The translations under genes were made by a program, and so were the position numbers. The notes beneath the pieces are model-generated. The model was not told the origin of the DNA. It saw only the letters and a list, made by a program, of their open reading frames with translations, and searched no databases. DNA of 58,136 bases, counting the filler, from a bacterium (GTDB lineage: Bacteria; CLD3; SB21): assembly GCA_013360215.1 (NCBI GenBank). It is 4 parts of 4 records of this genome, joined end to end, with 100 filler letters (N's around TTAATTAATTAA, not from the genome) between each part and the next. Parts side by side here need not be neighbours in the genome. Positions count along the whole stretch, not along the records: positions 30,748 to 45,374 come from JABWCP010000045.1; positions 45,475 to 58,136 come from JABWCP010000046.1; 2 more parts are not named here. The stretch is one strand, 5' to 3'. This document shows, one piece after another, positions 41,445-51,670 of this stretch. The stretch's first letter is position 1, and every line of letters starts with the position of its first letter.

Positions 41445-42470
41445 ATGGTACAGGATATCAAACCCGTTTACGCAAAAAAAGATTTTGAATCCGATCAGGA
41501 AATTCGCTGGTGCCCGGGATGCGGCGACTACTCCATCTTGGCACAAGTACAGCGTACCTTGCCGGAATTTCAAACACAAAAAGAAAAATATGTATTTGTG
41601 TCGGGCATCGGTTGTTCCAGCCGCTTTCCGTATTATATGAATACCTACGGATTTCACTCGATTCACGGGCGCGCGCCCGCGATTGCAACCGGCATCAAAG
41701 CCGCCAATCCGGAACTGACCGTGTTTGTCATCAGCGGCGACGGGGATTCGCTGTCCATCGGCGGTAACCATTTTCTGCACGTTTTGCGACGTAATTTGGA
41801 TATCAATTATCTGCTGTTTAATAACCGGATTTATGGATTGACCAAAGGTCAATATTCGCCGACTTCCGAAACGGGCAAAATTACCAAATCCACGCCGATG
41901 GGCTCACTGGAACATCCGCTTAATCCTTTATCCGTAGCACTCGGTGCCGGAGCGACATTCGTAGCACGCGCGATGGATCGTGATCCCAAAGGACTTCAGG
42001 ATGTGATTCGCGCGGCGATCAAACACCGCGGTACGTCGTTCGTCGAAGTATACCAAAATTGCAATATATTCAACGACGGCGCGTTTGAACATTTAACGGA
42101 AAAAGACACCAAACCCGATAATACGATATGGCTTGAGCATGGCAAACCGCTTGTGTTTGGTGCCAAAAAAAATAAAGGGATTCGCCTTGACGGATTCAAA
42201 CCCGTTGTTGTCAATCTGGAAGACGGTTCGAGCTCTGTCAACGATCTGCTCGTGCACGATATGCACAATACGGATCCGGTGATGGCATTTATATACAGCC
42301 AGATGACCGAAGCGCCGGGACTTCCTACACCGATCGGTGTTTTCCGCAGCATACAAAAAAGTTGTTATGAGGAAGATATGCGTACTCAGATCGCCTTGGC
42401 TAAAGACAAAATGGGACCCGGTGATCTGAAAAAACTTTTGCATAAAGGCGATACGTGGACGGTCGAATAA
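41445..42470 (+). CDS. korB: 2-oxoacid:ferredoxin oxidoreductase subunit beta
   Basis: WCPGCGD, SGIGCS, HGRA, GDGD...NN TPP-binding motif. Confidence 0.93.
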   Translation: MVQDIKPVYAKKDFESDQEIRWCPGCGDYSILAQVQRTLPEFQTQKEKYVFVSGIGCSSRFPYYMNTYGFHSIHGRAPAIATGIKAANPELTVFVISGDGDSLSIGGNHFLHVLRRNLDINYLLFNNRIYGLTKGQYSPTSETGKITKSTPMGSLEHPLNPLSVALGAGATFVARAMDRDPKGLQDVIRAAIKHRGTSFVEVYQNCNIFNDGAFEHLTEKDTKPDNTIWLEHGKPLVFGAKKNKGIRLDGFKPVVVNLEDGSSSVNDLLVHDMHNTDPVMAFIYSQMTEAPGLPTPIGVFRSIQKSCYEEDMRTQIALAKDKMGPGDLKKLLHKGDTWTVE

Positions 42471-42512
42471 CGACCCCCGTGGGCTTTGGGATTTTGAAAA
42501 GGAGAGTTGATC

Positions 42513-43490
42513 ATGAAAAAAGGAAAAATTAGCATAACGTTAGCCGGTCTTTGTTTTTTGTCGTTTACCGGTTGCGGCAAATCGGAATGGGTGACATTTT
42601 CCGATACTAAAAAAGATCAAATCACTTCCATCGTCGAGAGCGGTGCGTCCATTTGGTATGGTACGCGCACCGGTCTTGTACAGTTTGACAAAGCCACCGA
42701 AAAACGTAAAGTCTATACCGTCAATAACGGCCTGCCGGATAACGATATCAAATATGTGACCCGCGATGTAAAAGGTAAAATATGGATCGGTACGAACCTT
42801 GGTTTGTCTTCTTTTGACGGTCAAAACTGGGACGTTTATTCCACCGCCGAATCGAAATTGCCCGGCGATTTGATCAATGGTATCGCGTTTGAGAATACGA
42901 CAGTGTGGGCGGCAACGGGCGGAGGACTTGGGCGCTTCGACGGCACCGAATGGACGCCGTACACCCATACCAATTCCGGTCTTTTGGATGACGTGGCTCA
43001 ATGCGTTGTCGTGGATGCAGCCGGAAATAAATGGATCGGCACACAAGACGGCGGCGTATTCAAATTTAAAGACACGACATGGGTTGGTTACGATACGACG
43101 TCCTATAGCCCTATCAAAATGCCGGTGGTCAATATCAAAAGTATTGCGATCGAAAAATCAGGCATCATATGGCTTGGTTCGGCGCGCGGTCTGATGCGAT
43201 TTGATGGAAAAAAAATAGAACTGTATAATACGACGAACTCCGGCATTCCGGATAATCTTATTCGGGGTTTGGCGATTGACGGCACCGGGAACAAATGGAT
43301 CGCTACGACCAAAGGCCTTGTCAAGTTTGACGGGACAAAGTGGACTACATATACTATTGCCAATTCGAAACTACCGGCGGATCGTGTGACGGCAGTTTTC
43401 GTCGGCGATAAAGATCATATTTGGGTGGGCTGCGAAGGCTGGGGACTCACGGTATTCAGAGAAACCGGCGTGACATTGACAGAAGAGTAA
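42513..43490 (+). CDS. Beta-propeller (Reg_prop-type) lipoprotein
   Basis: Lipobox FTGC; repeats of NSGLP.N.V..I..D..GNKWIGT..GL..FDG..W. Confidence 0.8.
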   Translation: MKKGKISITLAGLCFLSFTGCGKSEWVTFSDTKKDQITSIVESGASIWYGTRTGLVQFDKATEKRKVYTVNNGLPDNDIKYVTRDVKGKIWIGTNLGLSSFDGQNWDVYSTAESKLPGDLINGIAFENTTVWAATGGGLGRFDGTEWTPYTHTNSGLLDDVAQCVVVDAAGNKWIGTQDGGVFKFKDTTWVGYDTTSYSPIKMPVVNIKSIAIEKSGIIWLGSARGLMRFDGKKIELYNTTNSGIPDNLIRGLAIDGTGNKWIATTKGLVKFDGTKWTTYTIANSKLPADRVTAVFVGDKDHIWVGCEGWGLTVFRETGVTLTEE

Positions 43491-43494
43491 TGCG

Positions 43495-44550
43495 ATGATA
43501 CCTCTCTCAGAACGCGAATACATTGTGTTACGCAAAATCGTTCAATCGTTTATCGAAAACGGAACGCCGATAGGTTCACGCACGTTGTCCAAAATTTTGC
43601 CGTGGGAATTGAGTGCGGCGACGATACGTAACATTATGGCGGATCTGGAAGACAAGGGCTTACTTACGCATCCGCACACATCGGCCGGTCGTATTCCTAC
43701 GGATCGAGCATACCGCGCGTATGTGGATGCGATGGCGGGGCCGATATCGTTACCGGCTGAAGACATGGCGACAATATCGGATGCCGTACTGGCGCTCGCA
43801 CGTGACATTTCGCGCATACAAGACGGTGTTGATGAGATTTTATATCACTCCTCCAGAGCCTTGGCCAAAATTTCTAACGAACTCGGCATTATCCTCGCAC
43901 CCCAATTTCATCAGAGCGTATTTGATCGAATGCGGTTTTCGGAAGTTGCACACGACCGGGTATTGATCGAACTTTCCCTGCGTAGCGGATTTGTCAAAAC
44001 GGTTATTCTGGATGTGCGTGACAGTTTGTCGCGTGAACACTTGCACGAGATCAGCTTGGCCATCAACGAACGCCTGAGCGGTCTCACCGTAGATGAAATT
44101 CGCAAATCATTCGGCGAACGACTCCGGGATTTACGTTATCGTTTCAGTGACCGCCAAGAAGCGTTGGTACGTGTGTTGCTCAATTCGGCGGCGCAGTTAT
44201 TTAATTTTAGCACGCGTCAGTCTGTGACGATGGCAGGAACGAATAATATTTTAGCCAAACCGGATTTTGTCGGGCGTACGGAGATGCAGACAATGTTTGC
44301 ATTACTGGAGGAAAAAGAGCGCGTAGCGGGTATCTTGGCCGAGCGTTCGTCGGACCGCGTAACAGTGACGATCGGGGAAGAGAATGGTGTATCTTCGATC
44401 AACGGTTGCAGCATCATCACGGCGCCTTACCGTATGGGTGAAGGCACCGGAACCGTGGGCATCATCGGTCCTAAACGTATGCCGTATGAAAAACTAATTC
44501 CGCTCGTCGAACATACAGCCCGTGTATTGGATAAAGCTTTTTCAATTTAA
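43495..44550 (+). CDS. hrcA: Heat-inducible transcription repressor
   Basis: PIGSRTL, SAATIRN.MADLE, PHTSAGRIPT..YR.YVD, GIIGPKRMPY. Confidence 0.95.
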   Translation: MIPLSEREYIVLRKIVQSFIENGTPIGSRTLSKILPWELSAATIRNIMADLEDKGLLTHPHTSAGRIPTDRAYRAYVDAMAGPISLPAEDMATISDAVLALARDISRIQDGVDEILYHSSRALAKISNELGIILAPQFHQSVFDRMRFSEVAHDRVLIELSLRSGFVKTVILDVRDSLSREHLHEISLAINERLSGLTVDEIRKSFGERLRDLRYRFSDRQEALVRVLLNSAAQLFNFSTRQSVTMAGTNNILAKPDFVGRTEMQTMFALLEEKERVAGILAERSSDRVTVTIGEENGVSSINGCSIITAPYRMGEGTGTVGIIGPKRMPYEKLIPLVEHTARVLDKAFSI

Positions 44551-44595
44551 ACTAATAACTATTTCACCAACTAATTAAAACACGTTTTTAAAACT

Positions 44596-45192
44596 ATGTC
44601 TGACAGTCCGTCTCCCGTATCCGAAGAAACACCCGTCGTAGAAAATACGACCGCTAATGAAACCGTAGCATCCGCGTCGGAAGATCTGGATGCAATGGAA
44701 AAACCTGCCGAGGAACAAGCTAAAATAGAAACCCCGGATTATGAAACCCAGATCGCTGCGCTGAAAGATCAACTGGTGCGTGCGCTGGCGGATCATGATA
44801 ATTTCAGAAAACGTAAAGCCAAAGAATTTCAGGAACTCATCCTGACCGCCAATGAACGGTTGTTGACGGATATTCTTCCTGTGCTGGATGATATGGAACG
44901 CGCAATGAAAGCAGCAAAAGATGTACCTACGGATGATCCCAAGGTGCAGCAATTTGTACAAGGCTTTGAATTTATCTATAAAAAGACGATTAAGATACTG
45001 ACGGAAAAAGGTTTAAAGCCTATGGAGTCGGTCGGAAAAATATTGGATCCCAATCTGCACGATGCATTGATGCAGCTGGATATGCCGGACAAAGAATCCA
45101 ATACCATCGTGGACGAGCATGAAAAAGGTTATTATCTCAACGATAAAGTCATTCGTCATGCCAAAGTGATCGTCAGTAAAAAACCGGAATAA
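44596..45192 (+). CDS. grpE: Nucleotide exchange factor GrpE
   Basis: ADHDNFRKR, LPVLDDMERA, DPNLHDAL, KGYYLNDKVIRHAKVIV. Confidence 0.95.
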   Translation: MSDSPSPVSEETPVVENTTANETVASASEDLDAMEKPAEEQAKIETPDYETQIAALKDQLVRALADHDNFRKRKAKEFQELILTANERLLTDILPVLDDMERAMKAAKDVPTDDPKVQQFVQGFEFIYKKTIKILTEKGLKPMESVGKILDPNLHDALMQLDMPDKESNTIVDEHEKGYYLNDKVIRHAKVIVSKKPE

Positions 45193-45210
45193 GTTTTTTA
45201 TTCGATATTC

Positions 45211-45284
45211 GCCCTCGTAGCTCAGCTGGATAGAGCAGCGGTTTCCTAAACCGTTGGTCGCACGTTCAAATCGTGTCGAGGGTA
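45211..45284 (+). tRNA. tRNA-Arg(CCT); CCA not encoded
   Basis: GCCCTCG/CGAGGGT acceptor stem, AGCTCAGCTGGATAGAGC D arm, GCGGT-TT-CCT-AA-ACCGT anticodon arm, GTTCAAATC T loop. Confidence 0.95.
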
Positions 45285-45374
45285 CAATCAGCAGAAGATC
45301 AATGGTCGTCACGCCAACGGCGTGATCGAGGGTACAATCAGCAGAAGATCAATGGTCGTCACGCCAACGGCGTG
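45276..45374 (+). repeat. 50-bp tandem repeat that begins with the tRNA 3' end
   Basis: TCGAGGGTACAATCAGCAGAAGATCAATGGTCGTCACGCCAACGGCGTGA twice, up to the contig end. Confidence 0.85.
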
Positions 45375-45474
45375 NNNNNNNNNNNNNNNNNNNNNNNNNN
45401 NNNNNNNNNNNNNNNNNNTTAATTAATTAANNNNNNNNNNNNNNNNNNNNNNNNNNNNNNNNNNNNNNNNNNNN
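45375..45474. other. Artificial contig linker
   Basis: N44-TTAATTAATTAA-N44. Confidence 0.98.
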
Positions 45475-46006
45475 TACGATCGGTCCGGTGGTCGTCGAAC
45501 ATCTCCGTAAAATCACCAAACTTCCGCTGGATGTTCATCTTATGATCGTCGAACCCGAAAAATATATCACCGCTTTTCGTGATGCCGGCGCCGATATCAT
45601 ATCTGTACATCAGGAAGCGTGCCCTCATCTGCATCGCACACTCCAGCAAATACGCCAATCCGGGGCTAAAGCCGGCGTGGTGCTCAATCCGTCCACTTCG
45701 CACGACACGCTGCAGTGCGTACTTGATGATGTGGACTTGATCCTTGTTATGTCCGTTAATCCGGGATTTGGCGGTCAAAAATTTATTCCCCAAGCGGCAC
45801 ATAAAATACGCGCATTGCGAAATATGCTGGGCTCACGTAAGGTGTTTATAGAAGTGGATGGCGGAATAAATAATGAAACAGGATTGCAAGTTATTCAAGC
45901 CGGTGCGGATGTGCTGGTAGCCGGTTCGTATGTATTCGGCGCAGAAAATCCAAAGTCCAGAATACAATCGCTAAAACAACTACACGCTTCAACAACCGGC
46001 GTTTAA
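45475..46006 (+). CDS. rpe: Ribulose-phosphate 3-epimerase (5' partial)
   Basis: LDVHLMI, HQEA, MSVNPGFGGQKF, EVDGGIN, LVAGS. Confidence 0.95.
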
Positions 46007-46075
46007 TTTTTGAGCCGATCAAAACAAGTATTTTATAATTTTTAAAAATACGTTCTACGCTTAAGGGTATAATTT

Positions 46076-47092
46076 ATGATGCCTTTGCCTCCGTTTGAAT
46101 TTGCAGCGCCCGCGACATTAGATGAGGCCGCCAAATTATTGGATCAGCATAAATCGCATGCCAAAATTTTGGCCGGCGGTACGGATCTCATTCCGAGCAT
46201 GAAAAACAAATTGTTTGAACCGCAAGTGCTGATCGGCATCGGTAATATTCCCGAGATGAAAAAAATCGAGTACGATCCTCAAAAAGGACTCACTCTCGGC
46301 AGTTTGGTAACCATCACGGATATCGGCCATCACCCGCATATCACCACTCATTATCCCGTTCTTTCCGATGCGGCACGTAAAATTGCAACTCCGCTTTTAC
46401 AAAACAAAGGCACGATCGGCGGCAATATTCTTCTCGACACGCGTTGTTATTATTATAATCAATCGCATTTCTGGCGTAAGGCCATCAATAATTGTCTGAA
46501 AAAAGAAGGCGATGTATGCCGTGTCGCTCCGAGCGGTCATCGCTGTTATGCGATTTCTTCAAGCGATACTGTACCGGTATTGTACGCGATGAATGCGTCG
46601 GTAACACTGGTCCATGCGCACGGTCAACGCACCGTACCGCTGCGCGCGTTTTATGAAAACGACGGAATGAAGTTTAACAAATTGGAACCCGGCGAAATAT
46701 TATCTCAAGTGCATATACCGGTGTTACCAAAAGGGTTTCGCGGTGCTTACATGAAACTGCGCCGCCGACAGACCATTGACTACCCCATGCTCGGTGTTAT
46801 GATCGGTTTGCAAATGGATGATAAAAATATTTGCCGCGATGCGCAGATTGTTTTAGGCGCCGTATTTTCTATGCCCTACGAAGTCAAAGCCGCGCAGGAC
46901 ATGCTCACCGGTCAAACCATTACCGAAGACCTGATCGAAAAAGTCGCTGACATCGCACACCAGGAGGCCAAACCTCTGGATTTGACCAATTTCCGACCGG
47001 CCTATCGAAAACGTATGGTTCGCGTTTTTGTTAAACGTATTTTGAATGTTTTGACACAAAAAAACACCTACGTGGAAGAAATTTTAGCTTAG
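46076..47092 (+). CDS. FAD-binding subunit of the xanthine-oxidase family, 4-hydroxybenzoyl-CoA reductase beta (HcrB)-like
   Basis: LAGGTDL, GTIGGNI, Cys-rich insert DTRCYYYNQS.FWR..INNCLKKEGDVCRV..RC. Confidence 0.8.
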   Translation: MMPLPPFEFAAPATLDEAAKLLDQHKSHAKILAGGTDLIPSMKNKLFEPQVLIGIGNIPEMKKIEYDPQKGLTLGSLVTITDIGHHPHITTHYPVLSDAARKIATPLLQNKGTIGGNILLDTRCYYYNQSHFWRKAINNCLKKEGDVCRVAPSGHRCYAISSSDTVPVLYAMNASVTLVHAHGQRTVPLRAFYENDGMKFNKLEPGEILSQVHIPVLPKGFRGAYMKLRRRQTIDYPMLGVMIGLQMDDKNICRDAQIVLGAVFSMPYEVKAAQDMLTGQTITEDLIEKVADIAHQEAKPLDLTNFRPAYRKRMVRVFVKRILNVLTQKNTYVEEILA

Positions 47093-47116
47093 TTTTTTGA
47101 ATCACATATAAGATCT

Positions 47117-48385
47117 ATGAATATTCTCGTTATAGGGTCCGGCGGACGTGAACATGCTTTGGTTTGGAAAATCGCCCAATCGCCGCGTGTTAAAAAAATC
47201 TATTGTGCTAACGGCAACGCCGGCATACGATCGTTAGCCGAATGTATTGCCATTAAGCCGGAAGACATTCATGCACTCGCTGATTTTGCCGCATCTCACA
47301 CAATTGATTTGACTGTCGTCGGTTCAGAAACTCCGCTCACACTGGGTATTGTTGACCTTTTTGAATCACGCGGACTTAAGATTTTCGGACCCTCCGCCAA
47401 AGCGGCCGAAATCGAAGGCAGTAAAGCCTTTTCCAAACAATTGATGAAAAAATACGGTATTCCTACCGCAGCCTTTGAAACATTTGATAACGCCGATCAA
47501 GCGAGATCATGGATACGATCTTACGACAAACCCTGCGTCGTAAAAACAGATGGATTAGCGGCCGGGAAAGGCGCTATCGTCTGCATGAGCACGTCCGAAG
47601 CGCTTGACGCGGTGGATCAAATCATGTCGGGCAAACAATTTGGTTCCGCCGGATCACAAATCGTCGTTGAAGCATTTATGGAGGGTGAAGAAGCTTCTAT
47701 TTTTGCCGTAACGGATGGAACGGGTTACGTCGTACTTCCGGCCGCACAAGACCATAAACGCGCACTGGACGGAGATCTCGGAAAAAATACCGGCGGTATG
47801 GGCGCCTACGCACCGGCACCCGTCGCCACCCATGTGGTGATCGAACGTACCAAAAAAGAAATTATCGAACCCACACTGGCCGCTATGGCCCATGAAGGTC
47901 GAACGTATAAAGGTGTGTTATATTGCGGCATCATGGTGACTCCCGATGGTCCCAAAGTGGTCGAGTTTAATTGCCGTTTTGGCGATCCCGAATGCCAAGT
48001 TTTGATGATGCTGATCTCATCCGATATCGTCGATCTTTTCCAATCTGTCGCGGATAACAATCTTGATCCGTCCGCCGTAACCATAAGCGATGCCCATGCA
48101 GCTTGTGTCGTAATGGCCTCCGGCGGCTACCCGGACGCGTACGCCAAAGGAAAAATCGTCAACGGATTACATACGCCATTACCTGAAAATTGTGCGGTAT
48201 TTCATGCGGGAACGGATTGGAATGGAAACAACATTATCACCAATGGCGGCAGAGTCTTAGGCATTTCCGCTACAGGCGCCGATCTAAAAAAAGCTTTGGA
48301 TACTGCCTATACCGTAACGCGAGAAATTCATTTTGAAAATGCATTCTATCGCAAAGATATCGGACATCGTGCTCTAAAAAAATGA
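47117..48385 (+). CDS. purD: Phosphoribosylamine-glycine ligase
   Basis: IGSGGREHAL, DGLAAGKG, QDHKR..NTGGMGAY, EFNCRFGDPE. Confidence 0.96.
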   Translation: MNILVIGSGGREHALVWKIAQSPRVKKIYCANGNAGIRSLAECIAIKPEDIHALADFAASHTIDLTVVGSETPLTLGIVDLFESRGLKIFGPSAKAAEIEGSKAFSKQLMKKYGIPTAAFETFDNADQARSWIRSYDKPCVVKTDGLAAGKGAIVCMSTSEALDAVDQIMSGKQFGSAGSQIVVEAFMEGEEASIFAVTDGTGYVVLPAAQDHKRALDGDLGKNTGGMGAYAPAPVATHVVIERTKKEIIEPTLAAMAHEGRTYKGVLYCGIMVTPDGPKVVEFNCRFGDPECQVLMMLISSDIVDLFQSVADNNLDPSAVTISDAHAACVVMASGGYPDAYAKGKIVNGLHTPLPENCAVFHAGTDWNGNNIITNGGRVLGISATGADLKKALDTAYTVTREIHFENAFYRKDIGHRALKK

Positions 48386-49932
48386 AACCACTATACCATA
48401 TATTTTTTTGCACCATTATTGCAGCAAGTATCGGCGGAGTCATCGCGTTGGCTCAAGCACCGATGAAACTCAGTTACGGTACGGCTAACAAAGAAGTCAT
48501 ACCTGTTTTCACGGGTGATCAGGAATACGTTTCTATTAAAGAAGTGATCGCACTGCTGGATGCCGGTTTTTTTGAAAATACCGCCAAAAAGAAAATGGTG
48601 TTTACTTCCAATCAGCACCAATTTAAAGTCACAGGTTTAAATGCGTTTGTCGTCGTAGATGAAAAAACAACCTTACAAATGCCGGTTATCACGCAGTACA
48701 TAGATGGCGCTATCTTTGTTCCGGCTGTTTATTTTTTTAGCGCTATCAATGCATATCTCTCTACGCCGGTCGTCATCAATGGCGAAAAAATAATCGCAAA
48801 ATCCGCACCGGCAATCAAAGATACGATTAAAACCTCGGCTGTCAGTATTTCCCCAAACCTGAAAGACGTTATTTTCGAAAAGAAGAAAAACGGTCTTTTG
48901 ATGCGCATCAAAACGGACGGGCGCTTTCAATCGTCAGACGTTGAAATTTGGCGTAATAAAAACTGGTTATACGTGACGGTCTCCGGCGGGTATCATTCGG
49001 ACTTGTTGGCCAAAGACATCAAACTATCCGAACAGTACAAACTGATCAAAGAAGCGTTGATATTTCAGCATAAAAACTCGACACAGTTTTCATTTCAGCT
49101 TAATTCCGATATTGCCGGTTACGATATCTCCGTGGATGATAAGAAGGATGAGATTTACGTCGCATGGCGCATTCATCAAAGCAGCGATCTGGAGTTTGAC
49201 AATGGCGGATCAGGGACCGGTGCGATTGATAAAGACCAATGGAAGATCAATAAAATTGTGATTGATGCCGGCCATGGTGGCAAAGATCATGGCGCTTCGG
49301 GCAAAGGTGGGACGAAAGAAAAAGATATTACGTTGAACATTGCCCTCAAAGTGGGTAAGATCATTGAAGAGCGGCTAAAAATCCCTGTCGAATACACACG
49401 TGATACGGATACGTACATCACGCTTAAAGGACGTACGCAATTCGCCAATCAAAAGAACGCTAAATTATTCGTCAGTATCCATTGTAACTCCAATAAAAGC
49501 CGTAAGGCCCATGGATTTGAAATCTTTTTTCTATCGCCAAGCCGCAATGCCGAAGCGTTGGCTGTCGCGCGAAAAGAAAACGAAGTGATTGATATGGAAG
49601 ACGATAAACATCATTACGGCGATTTTACTGACGAAAAATTTATTCTCGCCAATATCATGCAAAGTGTTTTCGTCAAAGAAAGCGAAGAATTAGCTTCTTA
49701 TGTTTCCAAAGGTATTGATAAACAAGTGGACATCACCAATCGCGGCGTAACACAAGCGCCGTTTTATGTATTGATGGGCGCCTCCATGCCTTCGATACTC
49801 GTCGAAACAGCATTCATATCCAATCCGGACGAAGAAAAATTCCTCAAATCGGAAGCAGGTCAGAAAAAACTTTCCGAAGGTATCGTGGACGGCATCAAAA
49901 CGTTCATTGATATATACGAGCGAAGCAACTGA
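48382..49932 (+). CDS. N-acetylmuramoyl-L-alanine amidase (Amidase_3)
   Basis: IDAGHGGKD, EKD, FVSIHCN, SILVETAFISN. Confidence 0.92.
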   Translation: MKPLYHIFFCTIIAASIGGVIALAQAPMKLSYGTANKEVIPVFTGDQEYVSIKEVIALLDAGFFENTAKKKMVFTSNQHQFKVTGLNAFVVVDEKTTLQMPVITQYIDGAIFVPAVYFFSAINAYLSTPVVINGEKIIAKSAPAIKDTIKTSAVSISPNLKDVIFEKKKNGLLMRIKTDGRFQSSDVEIWRNKNWLYVTVSGGYHSDLLAKDIKLSEQYKLIKEALIFQHKNSTQFSFQLNSDIAGYDISVDDKKDEIYVAWRIHQSSDLEFDNGGSGTGAIDKDQWKINKIVIDAGHGGKDHGASGKGGTKEKDITLNIALKVGKIIEERLKIPVEYTRDTDTYITLKGRTQFANQKNAKLFVSIHCNSNKSRKAHGFEIFFLSPSRNAEALAVARKENEVIDMEDDKHHYGDFTDEKFILANIMQSVFVKESEELASYVSKGIDKQVDITNRGVTQAPFYVLMGASMPSILVETAFISNPDEEKFLKSEAGQKKLSEGIVDGIKTFIDIYERSN

Positions 49933-50095
49933 TCTTTCTCACCTAACCGCCAAGCCCTGCCTTCATAAAATCAATCTTAACAATATACCGTATTTATGGT
50001 ATTGTGAAGCCTACGTAGATATGCGTATGTTAGCGCTGAATGATGGTAATTGGTTCTTATCATCGAAAAAATACAACTCTCGAATAAAATAGTTT

Positions 50096-50341
50096 GTGCA
50101 AACTCACATGACGCAGTCAACACCTGTATTATCGGAAGCGCTACGTAAACATTTATCCATTGCGGCTAATGAAAAAAACCGTGAACTAGGAATGAAATAT
50201 TATTCTGAAAATATGGATGACTACGATTTTCTAGGATATAACAATGAAAATGATCACGTGGCTTTCGTTTTTCGTTGCCGTCGTTCATTTTCGTCGCTAA
50301 CACTTAAAGTTCCCCGCAAACAAAGAACAGCTGAAAACTAA
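50096..50341 (+). CDS. Small hypothetical protein
   Basis: 81-aa ORF followed by a terminator. Confidence 0.5.
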   Translation: MQTHMTQSTPVLSEALRKHLSIAANEKNRELGMKYYSENMDDYDFLGYNNENDHVAFVFRCRRSFSSLTLKVPRKQRTAEN

Positions 50342-50375
50342 AACACCGTTTTTACGGTTAGCATAAATCCCTCTC

Positions 50376-50408
50376 AAATCCCGATGTATAACACGTCGGG
50401 ATTTTTTT
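50376..50408. terminator. Intrinsic terminator
   Basis: AAATCCCGATGT...ACGTCGGGATTTTTTT. Confidence 0.75.
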
Positions 50409-50409
50409 A

Positions 50410-51555
50410 TCAGCGGCTATACACTTTTAATACTTCAAAAAGACGATCCATGTCGCTTTTTTGATTATAAAGATAAGGAGCGACACGAATAGCGTTTCCC
50501 CGAATACTTACGTATATCTTGTTTTCTGATAATTTCTGCCCGATGTCAGACGGCATCGAAGTTGCATGACGAATGCCCAACAAATGCGGAATGCGTTCAC
50601 TATCGGAAGTCGTTACCCAACCTAAACTATGTGCACTTTGCGCAGCATACGATGTCAGATCAAGCAGGCTTTCGGATATTGCTGAAACTTCCCACGTTAT
50701 GATTTGACGTAATCCGGCGATGGCCATGGGCACATTGATAAAATTAGAAAACTCACCCATGTCATAGCGCCGCGCACCTTGACGAAATTTGTCCGTGTAT
50801 TCGATTAACCGGGAAAAATTTTCACTGCCAAAACGATTGAGCCAAGAATATTCGATCGGAGTGCCTTCCTGCCATTTCGGATCAACATATAAATATCCCA
50901 ACGAATAAGGTCCGAGCAACCATTTGTATCCTACCGAAATCAAAAAATCAGGGCGGATTTTTTCTATAGGAATCGGAAATGCGCCCAGCGATTGGCTTGC
51001 ATCAATAACCAGTGCAGCCTTGGCAGAACGAGCTTTTTGCGAGACACGCTCCAAATCAATTCGGGCACCGTCCGTCCAGTGGCAATTAGGAACGGCTACT
51101 ACGGCTGTTTTTTCATCAATATTCTCACAGATGGCTTCCGTCCAATTCAGCTTATTAGTTCTATGTACGACCCGTAGCGCTGCACCGCAATCTTTTGCTT
51201 TATAATACCATGCGTAATAATTCGACGGAAACTCTTCGTGCAAAACCACGATATTTTGGTCCGAACGCACCGTTATGTTTTTTGCCGCTATCGCCATGCC
51301 ATAACTTACTGAAGGAATGATCGCCATATCATCCGATGCTACGCCGACAACCTGAGCGATAAGCCCGCGTAGCGTCTCGCCATCTTCAAACCAATGTTGT
51401 GGCGTATAATTCCATGGTGACGATTTGGCACGTACCGATTGTAAACCGATTTCGGTCATAGCGCGAAGTTGTGGAGCAAAAAACGCATGATTGAGAAAGG
51501 TCACCTCATCAGGGATATCAAAAAGATGCTTTTGCAGCGGTAGTTTTTTGGTCAT
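50410..51555 (-). CDS. Aminotransferase class V, PLP-dependent (cysteine desulfurase/lyase-like)
   Basis: FLNHA, DASQSLG, GYKWLLGP, IRVAPYLYN. Confidence 0.85.
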   Translation of the reverse strand: MTKKLPLQKHLFDIPDEVTFLNHAFFAPQLRAMTEIGLQSVRAKSSPWNYTPQHWFEDGETLRGLIAQVVGVASDDMAIIPSVSYGMAIAAKNITVRSDQNIVVLHEEFPSNYYAWYYKAKDCGAALRVVHRTNKLNWTEAICENIDEKTAVVAVPNCHWTDGARIDLERVSQKARSAKAALVIDASQSLGAFPIPIEKIRPDFLISVGYKWLLGPYSLGYLYVDPKWQEGTPIEYSWLNRFGSENFSRLIEYTDKFRQGARRYDMGEFSNFINVPMAIAGLRQIITWEVSAISESLLDLTSYAAQSAHSLGWVTTSDSERIPHLLGIRHATSMPSDIGQKLSENKIYVSIRGNAIRVAPYLYNQKSDMDRLFEVLKVYSR

Positions 51556-51670
51556 AATATTTCCAAATGATTTTTATAAAAATGTCCCAAAAGTTCTAAT
51601 ACGTACCCGTTAAATAAAAACGGAATAAAATATTTCACTTTTGGGACAATCGTTATTCGTAAATATAAAA

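Noticed and set aside
51583-51648. 12-bp inverted repeat TGTCCCAAAAGT/ACTTTTGGGACA as a MITE
   Set aside because: It is a single copy with no target-site duplication and is more simply a terminator-like stem after the hydrolase gene.
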